From: Pocillopora damicornis
Lineage: Eukaryota
Length of the DNA: 64,000 nt
Reading direction: 5' to 3'
Assembly: GCF_003704095.1 (NCBI RefSeq)
Contig: NW_020847569.1
Span: forward strand, 62,001 to 126,000
A model generated the notes under the pieces. It saw nothing but the letters and a program-made list of their open reading frames with translations. It ran no database searches and had not been told where the DNA came from. The translations under genes were made by a program, and so were the position numbers. Shown piece after piece: positions 1 through 13,700 of the stretch; the stretch's first letter is position 1, and every line of letters starts with the position of its first letter.

Positions 1-1437
1 CTGATTTAGATTTCATTTGCTTGAGCTTGGTTATTTTTATAGCCTCTATATCCGAGAAAAAAAAAAGTAATTGACTTTTCAGAGAGGGTCAAAAAAATCA
101 ATAGACCAGAAAAAAGTATCCAAGAGTTCGCCAGAATTATTTCCATTCAGTATGAACTAACAGAATTAAGACAGATGTAGATAATTAGACTCTATTGTAT
201 TTCACCGTCCAGATCGATTTAAAATGTCATATTACAAGTGCCATCTTAATACTGGCAATAAGAGGGGATTTTAATTGATTGCGTGTATGTTAAACATTAT
301 ACTCATCGCTTTTTTTCTTTCGCATTGGTATCATATAATTTCACAGTAAATTTATTAGATTTTGGCAATGATTGATCGTTACGGCAAAAGTATGATAAAT
401 CAAAACACACTTTGAAATGCCAGTGCCAACAGCAGTCTCATATAATAACATTATTATGGTAAGATTTAATATTACATCTCCACGTATACAGTTCATCAAC
501 TGAATTGTAATCGTGAATGATTTTTATAGTTCTACACGAGTCCTTGGTAACTGGAAACATTTCATGAAATGAAACTTACCCGAACAAAATATTACATTTC
601 CATAATTACCAATTCTTGCCCTACTCGCGTCGAATCTCAACTTAATTAGAGATTGATTTAATATTTAAACTTGTGTATGGATTAAAAACATCTGTACTCA
701 GACAGGATGATTCATAACAAGCCTTTTTAATTGTCTATTTGTATTTCAAAACAAACGCTGGCATTTTACGTAATAAAGTGTGGTACTCATGAGTATGCAA
801 TTACCCCTTGTTGCAATTTATTTATCATCATAATTCACAATTATCAATTACGGAATCCAAAACGTAGAAACGTAAAGGTTAGGATGCTATATTCTTTACT
901 CTAAGACAACACAGCGGTCAAACGTAAAGCACGCGCGAGGGGGTCAATATTAGGCGGCAGTGCGCTAGTTTCCCACTCAAAGCTACAAAAAAAGGAAAAC
1001 AGAAGACACAACTGCTGTACAGCAAAAAAGCTAAAGAAAAGGAAAATTAAGGGAAAACACAAAACTTTTCGAACACAACGCTTTTTCAAGTACAGGTATC
1101 CTACGGTTGGTTTACCCTTCTGTTTTTATCAAAAAGTTAGACAATTTTAAAACACCGTACGCGTGACGTACTGGCTTGTGTGGTTGATTTTTTGTAACTC
1201 TTATGAGGCAACTTGGCTGGTTCTGAAAGCCCGAAAGTACGCCACCGAGTCAGGAAGACGTTTGCACGTGTGTAAACGCTTGATCGCGGAGAATTAACAA
1301 AAGAGACAATGTTGATCTCGCTCACATTTGCCCTTTCTTGATTTAAATATGTCCTGAGGGGTTCGGGGTAATTTAGAGACAATTGTCTACCGTAAACCTA
1401 CCCACACCGATAAATACCTCGCTTCCGATTCTCACCA

Positions 1438-1537
1438 NNNNNNNNNNNNNNNNNNNNNNNNNNNNNNNNNNNNNNNNNNNNNNNNNNNNNNNNNNNNNNN
1501 NNNNNNNNNNNNNNNNNNNNNNNNNNNNNNNNNNNNN
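1438..1537. other. Assembly gap (100 N); other gaps at 15552-15831, 25529-25628, 47638-47948, 54660-54851
   Basis: Runs of N. Confidence 1.
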
Positions 1538-1703
1538 TATTCTTCACTCAAAAGACTACCTGAGGAGAAGTAAATTCAAATGCTAAAAACCAAATGCACT
1601 TAAAGCGTAGCCCTCCGCTTACCGCTAGAGGAATTTCTTTCACATGGACCCGTGAGTCTCTTTTTGCTGATTCAGGTAGTTTAGCTTTTTTTTGTTGCTA
1701 ACG

Positions 1704-4700
1704 ATGAATACAGCTGGTGAGTGGGGCCTTCTGAGTCCTGATGGCACACTGCACAAGCTATGTGAGCCAAATTTTTTTGTGGGAAGGGATGATCAGATGG
1801 ATTTGACGCTGAAGGTGAGATTACTTTTCTTTCATCCGTGAAATAAAATCATACCTCATAAGTTGTCAGTTTTCAGCTGCGTTGATTGAGAACGCTGGAA
1901 AACATCAGTCGTTTAATGTGCGCTGAATTGAAATCCATAGCATTTTTTTTTCGTATGTTGATATGCTATTTATTTGCAGTATTTCACCCATTATTTGCTG
2001 AAAACTGAGCGCAAATAATATTTTGTTATTCTTGTCATACATTTAATGTCTGAGCAAGTTCCGTGCTTTCAAAGATTTTGATTGATTAACGCTCTTTGAA
2101 GGTGTGAAAACTTGAGATGTTTTAAGCCCCTTGAGATTTAATTTAAAGATTGTTACTAATGCGGAACATTTCAGAAGTGGGTGTGAAAGAGGTTTTCCAG
2201 TTGAGAATCCAAGATATTAATCTGTGTTGTTCTACAGAAATGAGCTCGGTAACCCCCCATTTTGCATGTTCAGGGTTGTTGCTAAGCGCTGGCTGCTGGC
2301 TAAAAGTGCCAGCTGAGAAATTCGTGATTGCAGCTAGATTTTTGCTGGTGACAACTGGCAAACCATACTATTTTGTGGTGTCTTCTTTCTATACCTGGCA
2401 GTCACCATCATGCAAACACGAAGCTTTGAAGCCTTACTGAGAAGGAATTGCAAAAGATTGGGAGCAAAATTTTGTTACCAGGTCTCTTATTAGGCCAGCT
2501 CTTTTCTATTCTTTAACTCCCAAGATCTGATTATTACTTCTCCCCTCTAACTGCTTCACATTTCCTTATAAAGTAGTTATGAGAATTTGTATTTCAATCA
2601 AGATAACTCCAACCTGATAAATTTGAGTACTCTCATTACCAGTTTGCTGGACAATGTATGAATATTAGAGGGAGTTAACCCTTTACACCCTAACATCAAC
2701 ATGCATATTCTCTATACTGTTCTTTATACATTTCCTAATGTGCTGGCAAGGAGAATTTGTTCAACAATCAAGAATTTGTTCAGTTGATCATCATTTCCTT
2801 TATTCTCATGCCCTTAATGCTTGATTCAGGGATGATATTGAAAGGAGAAATTGAATGCTAGTCACTCTCAGATATTATAGGGTAATAATGGCTTAAGTGG
2901 CAGACTACTTCCTTAGCTACAAAACTGCTTGTTATATCGCTCTGCAAAGTTTCATGAAAAATTTGAGAAAAGTTCAGTATGTATTTTGATGGATTCTGAA
3001 TCTCATTAAATTATACTGCAAACATATGGTAATGGAATTCAAATGGAATGTCAGTTGTTGTAATCAAAAGTAGATTATTCCATTATGCTGACTGAATTTC
3101 CCTTCCTTTCCTTATTTATGATAATAATTATTCTATAACTTTAACTGAAGATGGTGGGTTTAGTTTTTACTGATCAAGTTTCAAAGATCTTTCTGACAGT
3201 GAAGAGGTTTCCATGGCATTCCTTTTCTTGCTTTAGGTTCTGATTATATTTGTCTAATAATGTAATTTTTGTTGGTAACACCAAACATTTTTGTTTCAGT
3301 CAAGAAGTGTGGATAAGCAGCATGCTGTGATCACAGTGAATACGCAGAACAAAGAGTACAAGTTACATGACCTTGGAACTTTGAATGGTGTAAGTATATG
3401 AGGTCCTAAATGCTTCTTATTAATATTTGTTCCATTAAGTGGCCATTTTACCTTGAGTAAGCATCCACCCCTCACCCATAAATTATTTACCCTTCCAACC
3501 TAAGATCTCATTTAGTAATTCTCCTTACCGTGTGGCATATAATTTTTAAGATGTTGGTTCAGGGAATTTGGTATTGGATCAATGAATAATCCCATAATTG
3601 CTATTTTTCTTAATTCTCATCACTTGTCTGCTTGGTATTGTATGGATATTATGAGGAAAAATTCTGATTTAATGATTTTACATCAATGGCAAATAGTTAG
3701 CAATAAACAAAATGCCTTTCTACACAAAGAACAGTTACTGTAAAAGTTTCTTGCTCTTGTTTTCCTTACAGACGTTTGTAAATGATTCAAGAGTAAAACA
3801 GCATCCAATTGACTTGAAGCTAAGAGACAACATTCGTTTTGGATATGATATCCTTTATAACTACAATAGCAGTACAAATCACAATTAAACCTTGCCATAC
3901 AATTACCTTTCGAAGGAAATTAAACCTCTGAATATTAACCATCCTTTAAATATGCCCCAAAATTAATTGGAAAAAAAAAAGCCAGCCATTTTTCACTTTA
4001 TGAACTGACATAATGCCCAAGCAGTGTGGGAGATGCATATATCAACTTATTTTAGTAGTCTGGGCTTGGTAGCTAGACTCAAAAGAGTTTTATAAATTTC
4101 CCCTGGTCATTGTATTCTGTTATTTGGTATGTGACTCCAATAAATTGGGTTGAGGATGGTGAGTTTATCAGCAAGTAACTTGAATCCTACAGTCATTAAT
4201 TCCTATATTATGATAGTCTTTGAAATGTTATTACTGTAGGAGAATTATCCAGGATCAGTTAAAATTTGGTTATAAGTCATTTCTTAATTCTCACGAATTT
4301 TCATGGTCAGACCTCATAAATCATACTTTGCATTTGGGTTCTAATTTGAAATTCCCAATTGGATGCAATGCTTTGGATGTATGTCATTAATCTGTAATAA
4401 ATTACTACACAATATAATTTCTAATTATTGCCGCATTGTAAGTAATGTAGTCACATCATCGCTGATATTTGATTCACAATAGAGTGCAAATGTACTCTTT
4501 TGCTTTGTTTCTTTCCAAATTCCTTTTAAAAGGTGTTCTGACCACTATAAACCTTGCACATCAAGATTTTTAGGTTTGTTATCATTGATAGCAGTTTTTT
4601 TCATACACTTGCTTGCTCCTCTTAATACACAAGAAATGGTGTTTGAAAGTTATTGAATGATGTCACAAATTTTTTTGGATTTCAGAAGTTTCGAAGTTGG

Positions 4701-7700
4701 TCAATTTGTGTTTCTTGTACAAATAATCCGTACTTGCCATAACTGATTTAAAATTGTTTTTGGAACCATTAAAAAGTTCGTTTGTGTTTCATGAAAGTAA
4801 CCTAAAATTCTGTGCAGAAGAGATGATTTTGATATTTTAAGATTAACAAATATGTACCTTACATTGTTTCATTAAAGAAGTGCTTCTTCTTAAAATAAAA
4901 CCAAACTTCATTTTAAATTTGGTTTTTATTGAGCCAAAAATATTCAAAGAAGAAGACCACTTTCCATAAAACCACAACTAAATGGTTTAGAAAAGGAAAA
5001 AAGGGAAATTTCTCCCCGGTAATTGAGCTTTTAAGAACCAGACTAATTTATTCATCCGATTCACATTTAATTTTATTCACAAAACTTTTTGTGGTTAAAG
5101 CTATACATTGAATAATTCATTAAAAATGAAACAAGATTATTGGCTGTATACCTGACCTGTATTACTCAGAAATTACTTCCAGTACATTAATATGCAAATT
5201 GCTGCCAGATCTGGTAGGATTTCGGTTGCTTTGTTGTGAAATTTTATTGCAAATTTTTTATTGAATTGCCATCTGCCTTTCTAGTCGGAAAGTTTCTCTG
5301 AAATGAAGGTTGAATTCACTGCACTATGCAGAGGTTTGAGGAAGAGAAGATTTATTTGGTGTGTTTTTCAGACACCATTTCCAGCACAACAGTAAATTAT
5401 GGGGAACAAAATGTACCGTACGTCTGTCCCTATTCATGTGCAGCAATATTCTGCCCCTGCTGTTATCCAGTTGTACAGCGTCAGGTAAAATAAATTATCA
5501 CTTAATACACACTGTAAATGTTCATCTGCCAACAAACTTAACTCAATTCCATCTTAGTGCAGAAGCACTGCCTGGCAAATTTTCTTGTCTCAGAAATCAT
5601 GATTGAATGTTTTCTTCTATTGATTTTAAATCCAGGTTTTTCCTTAGTAATTGTAATGTTATGGAACAGAGCTGCACAACTTTTGCTGAATGATAGACTG
5701 TTTTAATTTTTGTTTTATTTTTTGAGGCTAAAATGCTTAAAGTGTTGATGTTTTGGTTCAAAACATTGAATATATCTTATGCAAATTTTTTGTTCCTGTC
5801 ATATGTAAGTTAACACTTGGAGCTTAAAAGTGGTGTTAATATTCTGCATGTGATGATGAACACTTTTCTTTGTATGATTTCTGCTGAAAGTTTGTATTGT
5901 TGAACAATATATAGTCTCTTGACAACTGGACTTTTGAAATGTGTCTTGATCATACAGTGTATAATTTTAATTTTGTGACCAAAGAAGAATCTGTGGCCAT
6001 TTATTTCTGTCAATTTTATGTTCCTAAGTGATTGAGAAACAAATTCTTTCTTTGTATTTTTTTTTAATGTCTCTCCAGATAATGCAGTTAATGACATTTT
6101 ATATGTACAGCAGTAAATCAACTTGTGTATAGCAGGATACAGTAGTCGCACTTAATCTTGTTGGTTGCTCCTCATTTATTAAATGTAAATAAACTGACAC
6201 CAGAAATGACTGTATCATTTCCCCTTTCACTGCATTTTTCCTGAGATTTGAATTTCATGAGAATTTAAATTATTTCAGCATGAAAGCCTATATTCACTAA
6301 GAATACAGTATGAGAGGATAACAACAATATATTTAGTAGCTTAATTGTGGTTTAGCCACCTGTAGTGAATTGTGGGATTTGTTTACATAAGACAAGGGCT
6401 TGGCTACCCTAGCAGGTGTTATGGTAAGACATGCAGGTGTCACTGGTGTCCACAGTCAGAAAGAATCAAAGCTTCTATAGAGCAAGTCTGAACAAAGAAT
6501 TAAATTATGTCTTGCCACTCTCTCTTTCATGGAACTAAATTCTGTTTTATTTTGGTCAAATTAAAGCCATATCTATCATTCTTGAGTATTTTTTTATGCT
6601 CTGATCTAGTCTTTATGCCCTGTTGGACCAATAGAGAAATGCTATGGGTCAGAAATGGGTAATTAGCATATGAAAGGCTTAAAGTAAAGCTATTGTTTGC
6701 TTAGAGGCCAAAAGTCTCATCTGAGAGCATGGTTTGGTGACATTTTAGGGTGGAAAAAAAGATTCTACCATAATATTAGGCTACTGCATGTCTTACTTTG
6801 TGGTCAAAAGATTTTTTCCCACAAGCTTCTAATTTTGATCAGCAATTTCACGTGCAAAACATTGATGAAATTCAAATTTCCTGATTCATTTGTCTAAGAC
6901 AAATTCTAATTCATTCAAAGATCAGCTGATATGTAAATTTGGTATAGATTTTGACATGTACTTTTTCTACCAATCTGTTGAAAAAATTATAAAATTTTTT
7001 TGCCTTTCAAAGATAGAGAAACATCAATACACATCCAGAAAATGTCTTGTTTATTTTGATTTGACTTCACTAAAATTTTCTTGCTTGATCACTGCCTTAC
7101 AAATGGTATTAAATTATAATGAAGTAGCTACCAGCCTCCATTTGTAATGCTGTTTTTTACTGATCTCTACAAAGGGATTCAGTACTTTAAAATTGAATTC
7201 AGGATTTTTTTCTGAATGTACTTGGTTGCTTAGAGAGGAAAACTCATGTACTGAGTGATCTGGATGTGATGTTTTTGTTCTGTGTGAGAGTATCATGCCA
7301 AGAGAAGATTCTTTATGGACCTAAATGGATCTCAATTGAGGAGACAAGCACACTCTGTGATGTCTTACGTTGTGCTACAGGAGATAAATATGTTTCAAGG
7401 AAACTCAAAGTTGTGGTGGCCAGTGAGAAGTCTTTGAGGGATCTTTCTTTTGTGAAGCTGGGTCTTCCAGTGGTGATTTTGGATAAAAATGACAAGAAGA
7501 TTGTAAGCTTTCTGTTGAAACCTGAAGGAGTTGCTGGTGTGGTAAGCGATGAACCCTATCTTGTGTTGGTTTCACAGGCACAGAGCCAGGTGATCTGATA
7601 AGTCTTTAGTGATATAAATTGTAGGCTTTTTTTCCAGTAATATGAAAATTAGAGATTCACTTTAGATGTGATCCGTATGTTCAGATGCTATTATGATAAC

Positions 7701-10700
7701 AGAATTTTAATCCTTGTGCAAGCTGAATAATTTTTCACAGTTGACAGAAGATGTAAATTTTCTTGTTTAGATGTGAAGTCATGTTGTGGAAGATTGAGTT
7801 TTCAGCTTTTGTAGCTAGCTGCTTGACAATTTGTCATGCTGTTTCCTAGTAACTCAAGTGTCAGAGTGTAGTAATGCATTTACTCAAAGTACATTTGTGT
7901 GGATTGCCAGTGCAGTTAAAGGTCATGCTATGTTCTCAAGATGAAAGAAAAAACAACAGGATGTGAAATTGTTAAGTCATATTTCAGTATATAACTTCAA
8001 AGGCAAAGGTTGAAAAGCTTCATGGAGCAGGATTACCATTAAATACAGTGATATATTGGCCAAGATTTTAAATTGAATGTAAACAAATTTATGTCCAAGA
8101 GTTGTCTGGGCTGGGATAAATGTCTTTAGGCCAGCATGTAATCCATTTGCTATCAAATTATTCAGTTTTTTAAATTTTCCTATTTTCACCTTCCATGAAT
8201 TCAAAAAGACTTTGTAATTAGTTGTTTTATTTTTAGCTTCTGAGAAATATATAATATCTTTGATACATTTAAGTTAAAAAAATATTACGCAACACTTTTG
8301 TGAACTCAGAAAGAAAAGTCTTCTTTTGCAGATTGTTTAAAAAATGTACAATAAAAATATTGGTGAATTCAGTTTTTTGTATGATATGAATTAACAAACC
8401 TAGTGCTTGTGTTATTTGTCTCAGCTTTCTGTTTAGGCAGATAACTCAGATCTCGGCATCAATAACTCATGATATCATGCCCAACCCTATTCAGTAATTG
8501 CTTATTACAGTGTCATGGTCCTCATGTCTCATAATTTGTGTTCATTGGAGTCCTGTCACTAAAATCCAAATTATTATTTATCTGTTGAGCAGAATTTATA
8601 CTGTGGTTGCCTTTGAAATAATCCTAAAATATTTTCCTTAATCATGTACACACTCAAATACCTTTCGTGTGGAGCCACTTCCTTACAGAAATGGGCACTC
8701 AGTTCTCAGTGATGGCAAACATTATGAGAGACAGCAACTTGACGAAAATGAACATTCAATGGAAACAGTATGGGAGGTGGAAAAAAGCTCTGATTTATTA
8801 AAAATAAATCTCTAATGGCATGTTCTGCCTTTTTCTTTTCCCCTTTCAATATGACCAGTTGGGCTGGCCATTGGAATTAATTGAAATGTGTTTCTTTTTT
8901 TTCAGCCCCCTACCGAGAGGAAACTCTCTATCCAATCAGCTGCTCAGCAAACTAATTCAGATGAGGATGGTTGTCGTTCTGGAACCCCAGACCAAGATGT
9001 TCTTGTGTACCATGTAAGTTAAAATTGTATTGATTTATTTTGATTATTGATTAATTCTGTTTACCTTATGATAATAATTATGGTCAGAAACTCTAGAAAT
9101 ATTATAGGACAGGGTGCTCAACAATGGGATGAATTGGAGGGTATAGGGTAATGATGTAGGGTTTTGCATGCCAACAACCAGACAAACAAACATATTTGGT
9201 GTTCTGGGGTATAGGTAAGAGTGTTTCCCTTTCCGGCAAACTACTCGTTTACTTTTGTACTTGGCAAAGCCCAAGATTGTTTTGCCCTTGTTTTTCTGCA
9301 ATGATGATGGATGGCTATCTTTTATTTGTGGGTGCGGAATTTCTATTGTGCCCCGTCAATTACTTAAATGTTATTTCATGATATATTAGCACTTCTATTG
9401 TTAGTGATACTCGCTTTGCATAGAAAATGCTTGCTGACTTATTAGCAATCCTAAAAGGTGATAATTACCGGTAGGTCTGATTTCTTTTTCGAAGCCCTGC
9501 AAATGGTTGGTTGATTTGGGAAACTTAACAATTACACACCATCTTTGTATAAACAGATGACTCTCAATCTCATAGCAGATGTTCTATTAATTTTTGTTGT
9601 TTTAACAGTTGTTTTTTTTTCCACAGGGTGTTCCTTCGCCTCACTCGCCCCACTCTCCTCACTCTCAATACCACCCTCCCTACCCCCACTATCCTTACAT
9701 GACGCCAATGTATCACCACCCACCCCCTGTGATGTGTCATTGCCCGTCATGCGCTGGACATAGGTCACCAGTCCACTCCCCCCATGGTGGTGCCCCTATG
9801 GGAAGATTTGTTCATCATCAGATGGGGTCACATACAAACTGGGCCCACGGGCCGGCAGCAGTAACAGGATTTCAAGTCAGGTCAGTTTTGAAAACATAGC
9901 AAGCTATTTTAGGGAAAAACCAGTAGAACATCTTTCTCTATTTCCTTTCCGAGCTTAAAACTAACCATTTTTCCTAATCTATATACAAAATATGATGCTA
10001 TCGACATTGCTGATCCTAGCAGTATACAGGACGCGTGTCATATATGAACTTCGTAATGGGTCTTACCCATCATAGAGTCTCTGTGGCTCAGTGGTAGAGC
10101 ATCAGAGCACGGAATCCGAAGGTCTGAAGTTCGATTCCTCATGGGAACTCAGAATTTTTTCTTTGTACCACGCTTGTGACAAGATGAGAAACATCTTTCT
10201 CAAGCCATTAGAATATTTGCCTTGCTTCAGGTTAAGGGCTTTTTTAATATAAGCTGTATCTGAGAGAGGGGATATCAGGCCTCTAAGCCCAGCGTTCTTA
10301 ATTGCGACCCTTATTTGTCGCGATGGCGGGTAGAAACAAACTCTGGCAACTTAATTCGCAGCGAAAGTCGTGAATGTGGCCATCTGTGTACAACGGTCAT
10401 ATAGCGAGCTGTATGGGTTTTTTTTTTTACGAAAGGTGTCCCTTTATATCCTAGTATCCGCTCCATATTCTCCTCCCAGTTCCTATATATTTCCCTCGGT
10501 AATGACAAGGAGAATTCCTTTAACAACCAAAGCCTCTTAGGTTGGCGATCATTTCCTTTATTATCATGATCTTAACAAATGATACAGAAGTATTACTGTA
10601 AGGAGAAATTAGATGCTGGTCGCTCTTGGTTTTAATTGGGTTTAAATACAACACTGTTATGATGCTCCTTCGTTCTCTTATTTAAAAAATGCTACTGGTT

Positions 10701-13700
10701 GTCCGAAAATTCAGCCTCAAATATTTGCATGAACTTTTTGTTTTTGTCCGACGACCAGGTTTTCATAACCGACAACACTTTTATGATTTTAGGTCGCAAG
10801 ATGGCGACTTTGAAAGAGTTGTACTCGAAGGCCTGCGTAGAGAAGTGAATTCTTTTCTTAGGATACACTTCCTGGAAATGCGTTACTAGTCGGAACAGCT
10901 TGCTACTTACTTAGCCTACGCTACCCTCCCCCCTCCTCCCCTCCGTTTCACCTTGGGGGGGGGTGGGTATGGCCACACGTTGGCTGCTACTTATTATCCA
11001 CAGGTCATATGTTATGTGATTCACATATTATTTTTTAAAGTTGGAACTGTACACTTAATATGACTTTCTGCACATGTACTTAGTTTTGTTAATTTAATTG
11101 TGAGAGAAGAAATTGATCCTTGTAGCCCTACGTAGCTGCATTAATTGCTTTGTTTATTTATTTTTTTTATATTGTTTATGATAGTAATGAAAATGCGTTT
11201 TTTTTTCTTGTCAGACCGAGAATACAAAGGCCCTTATCTGGTGAGTAGACAATTGTTTTGATTTCTTTTTCTGGCTGTGATCATCATTGACGACATTGGA
11301 TTCAATATCTGTAGCTGCGAGAATCTGTAATAATCGTGTGCTGATAACAAATGGCCCGATTTCAGGTTCCCTATTAATGCACTATAGATTTTTTTGTAAT
11401 GAATTTTTTATAATGGAAAATCAGGTTGTTCCATTTTTCATCTATTTCTGCGTTTGTAATCTTAGCCGGGGATGTGTTAGCCTGCGGACAGGCCTCATTG
11501 TTGGTGTTTCTGGCGCGAGCCTTTATTCGCTTGCTAGAAAGATTGAGGCATTGAGGTCTGGCGCTAATAATTATTGGCGCCAGACCTCTTGCCGGCTAAT
11601 GCTTCAAACTTGAAGGAGCTCTCTCCTCACTATTTTCCCTTTTGTTACACAGCCCCTGCTGAGAAACATGACATGTTAGTGAAGGGCAGTCCCTTGTATG
11701 GACAGCCTCCGTGGTGGGGCTGGGGCTCATCAGACGACGAGATCTACAATTACCCAAACACTGCCACAATTCTGGAGAGCGGCGACGATCAACAGCCTCT
11801 TGCTCTTAGAAAGAAGAAACTCTCTAAGAAAGACGCGCTGGAAATGGCGCAAAGGAGGCACAGCATTGGGACTGTATCGGTATTATCTGAGTCCAGAGCA
11901 CGGATTGTCACAACAAGGACTTCTAAAAACCCCGAGCTGGACAAGGCAATGAAGCAACGAGAGGAATTTGTTGTCTTTCAGAAGAGGTCTTCTCTACCAG
12001 GGCCGGGTCATAACGAGCAGTTATCTCCCGTGTTTGAAAATTCTACCAGTAGAGACTGGCAATTACCAAATGCGCTTCACGAGCCGGGAGAGCTTGATTC
12101 GACGTCTTCGGTGGAGAATTCTTCGGGTGACGGAAGCGAAGTGCACCCTAGACTCGGGTCTTCTTACGAAGTTCCTTACATACCGGACTATGATGAACTT
12201 CCAGAAAGGCCTGTAAGTCTGAAAAGCGATAAAGGTAAAATAGCATCCCCGGATGCTTCACGGAAGGGTTCATCAGAGAAGCAAGAGAGAATTGCAAGGA
12301 AAAAACCTACCAGTAAAGTTAAAAAGAAAATTGTTTCCACTGATGTCCCGGCAAAGAACGGAAAAGCATTGTCAGGTAAATTAGTGTTTCTATGTTTGTA
12401 TAGATTCTCTTCCTTTTCGTTTTTTCTCCAGAGAGTTTAGGAAGGTGAGGAGGGGCGAGGGTTACTAAGAAGGCGGGTGTGGCTGGGTGTGTTTATTTAT
12501 CTTCATTGCCTTGCTATAAAGAACGGGAGGGGGGAGAGGAAAAAGGGTTGGGTGGGAGATTCTCACACCTTCCCCCACCTCCCTCCTAAGAACCAGGTGA
12601 GGTTTTCACAACGTTTTCGACTCTTCTCTTAAATTGGGGAAAAATTAATCCTCTCAGAAAGAAAGTACACTCTCTAAACAGTACATACGCCTTCAGAAAA
12701 TTTTAACTGAATACATCTCATATCATCGCGCAAAGACCAGAAATGAAGCTATTACGTTTTCGTACTTACCGACGTTTGTATGACAGTGGCCATAACCTAA
12801 CGCCCAAATCAGTTATCATGCTGAATTCCATATTTTTCACGCACGAAAACATTTCTTCCCTCTCTTAGAACTGACATATTATTCCATGTTAGAACTTCTT
12901 GCTTTTCTCACTTGTGCCGTTCTGCGGTAAAAAAATGAAAATTTATTTCAACTTTTTGGAATTAACGTTTTGACTTCTTACAATGTCATCCCTGATTCAA
13001 ACAAAAAGGTCAAGTGAATATGGGAATATATCTTCTTGTCAGCACCTTAGGAGGAAATATCTAGAGAACATTAAGGAGAATATGCACATTGATGTAAAGG
13101 TGGAACAGAACTTTTCAGTGTACACTTAACAGAAGTACACTTCTAAGGGGGAGAGGGTTGTACTGAAAGAGGGGGAGGGAGAATTGGTTTAAAGATTGGT
13201 TGTGGATGTGTAATAATTACTTTTTCTGTTCTGTACAGGCTCCAGAAAACATTCAAGTGATACCAGTGAGTCTGAGTACGAACCGACCTCACACCCTTCA
13301 CGTCGATCGGGATTAGCAGCAGTCGCTTCCCCTTCCTCCATTGGTGTGTTTGGTCTGACGGAGGTGACTCTCGGTGAATCCGATAGACAAGAGGTTAGTT
13401 CGTTGCTAGCTTGAGAGCAAACTCTCATTAGAGTTTAGGCACGACCGGCAAATCCTGCGAGAATTGAGTCAGGGAACGAAGTTAGAGCTCTACGAGAGGT
13501 CTCATTTCCATGCCAGATCCCTCGCAAACCCCTCGCAGCTCGCATCGCCACTGCCATGAAGCATGCGGGCTTCGCCGCTAGTGTGGCAGCGCCAATGAAC
13601 AGGAATACAGCGCATATTTTGGGTGACAGCGGTCGTTCTTATGTTCTCCTCTTGAAATTTTGCGCGGCTGGCCAAATTGTATCACTTGCGCATGCTTGAC

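Noticed and set aside
7-146. Short hydrophobic minus-strand ORF (MEIILANSWILFSGLLIFL...) and a donor-like site at ~579
   Set aside because: About 45 codons, no recognisable homology and runs through a poly-T tract. Not enough to call a divergent gene.
10075-10150. tRNA gene
   Set aside because: Has A/B boxes but no clean acceptor stem and is embedded in a multi-copy repeat with several degenerate copies; treated as a SINE head.
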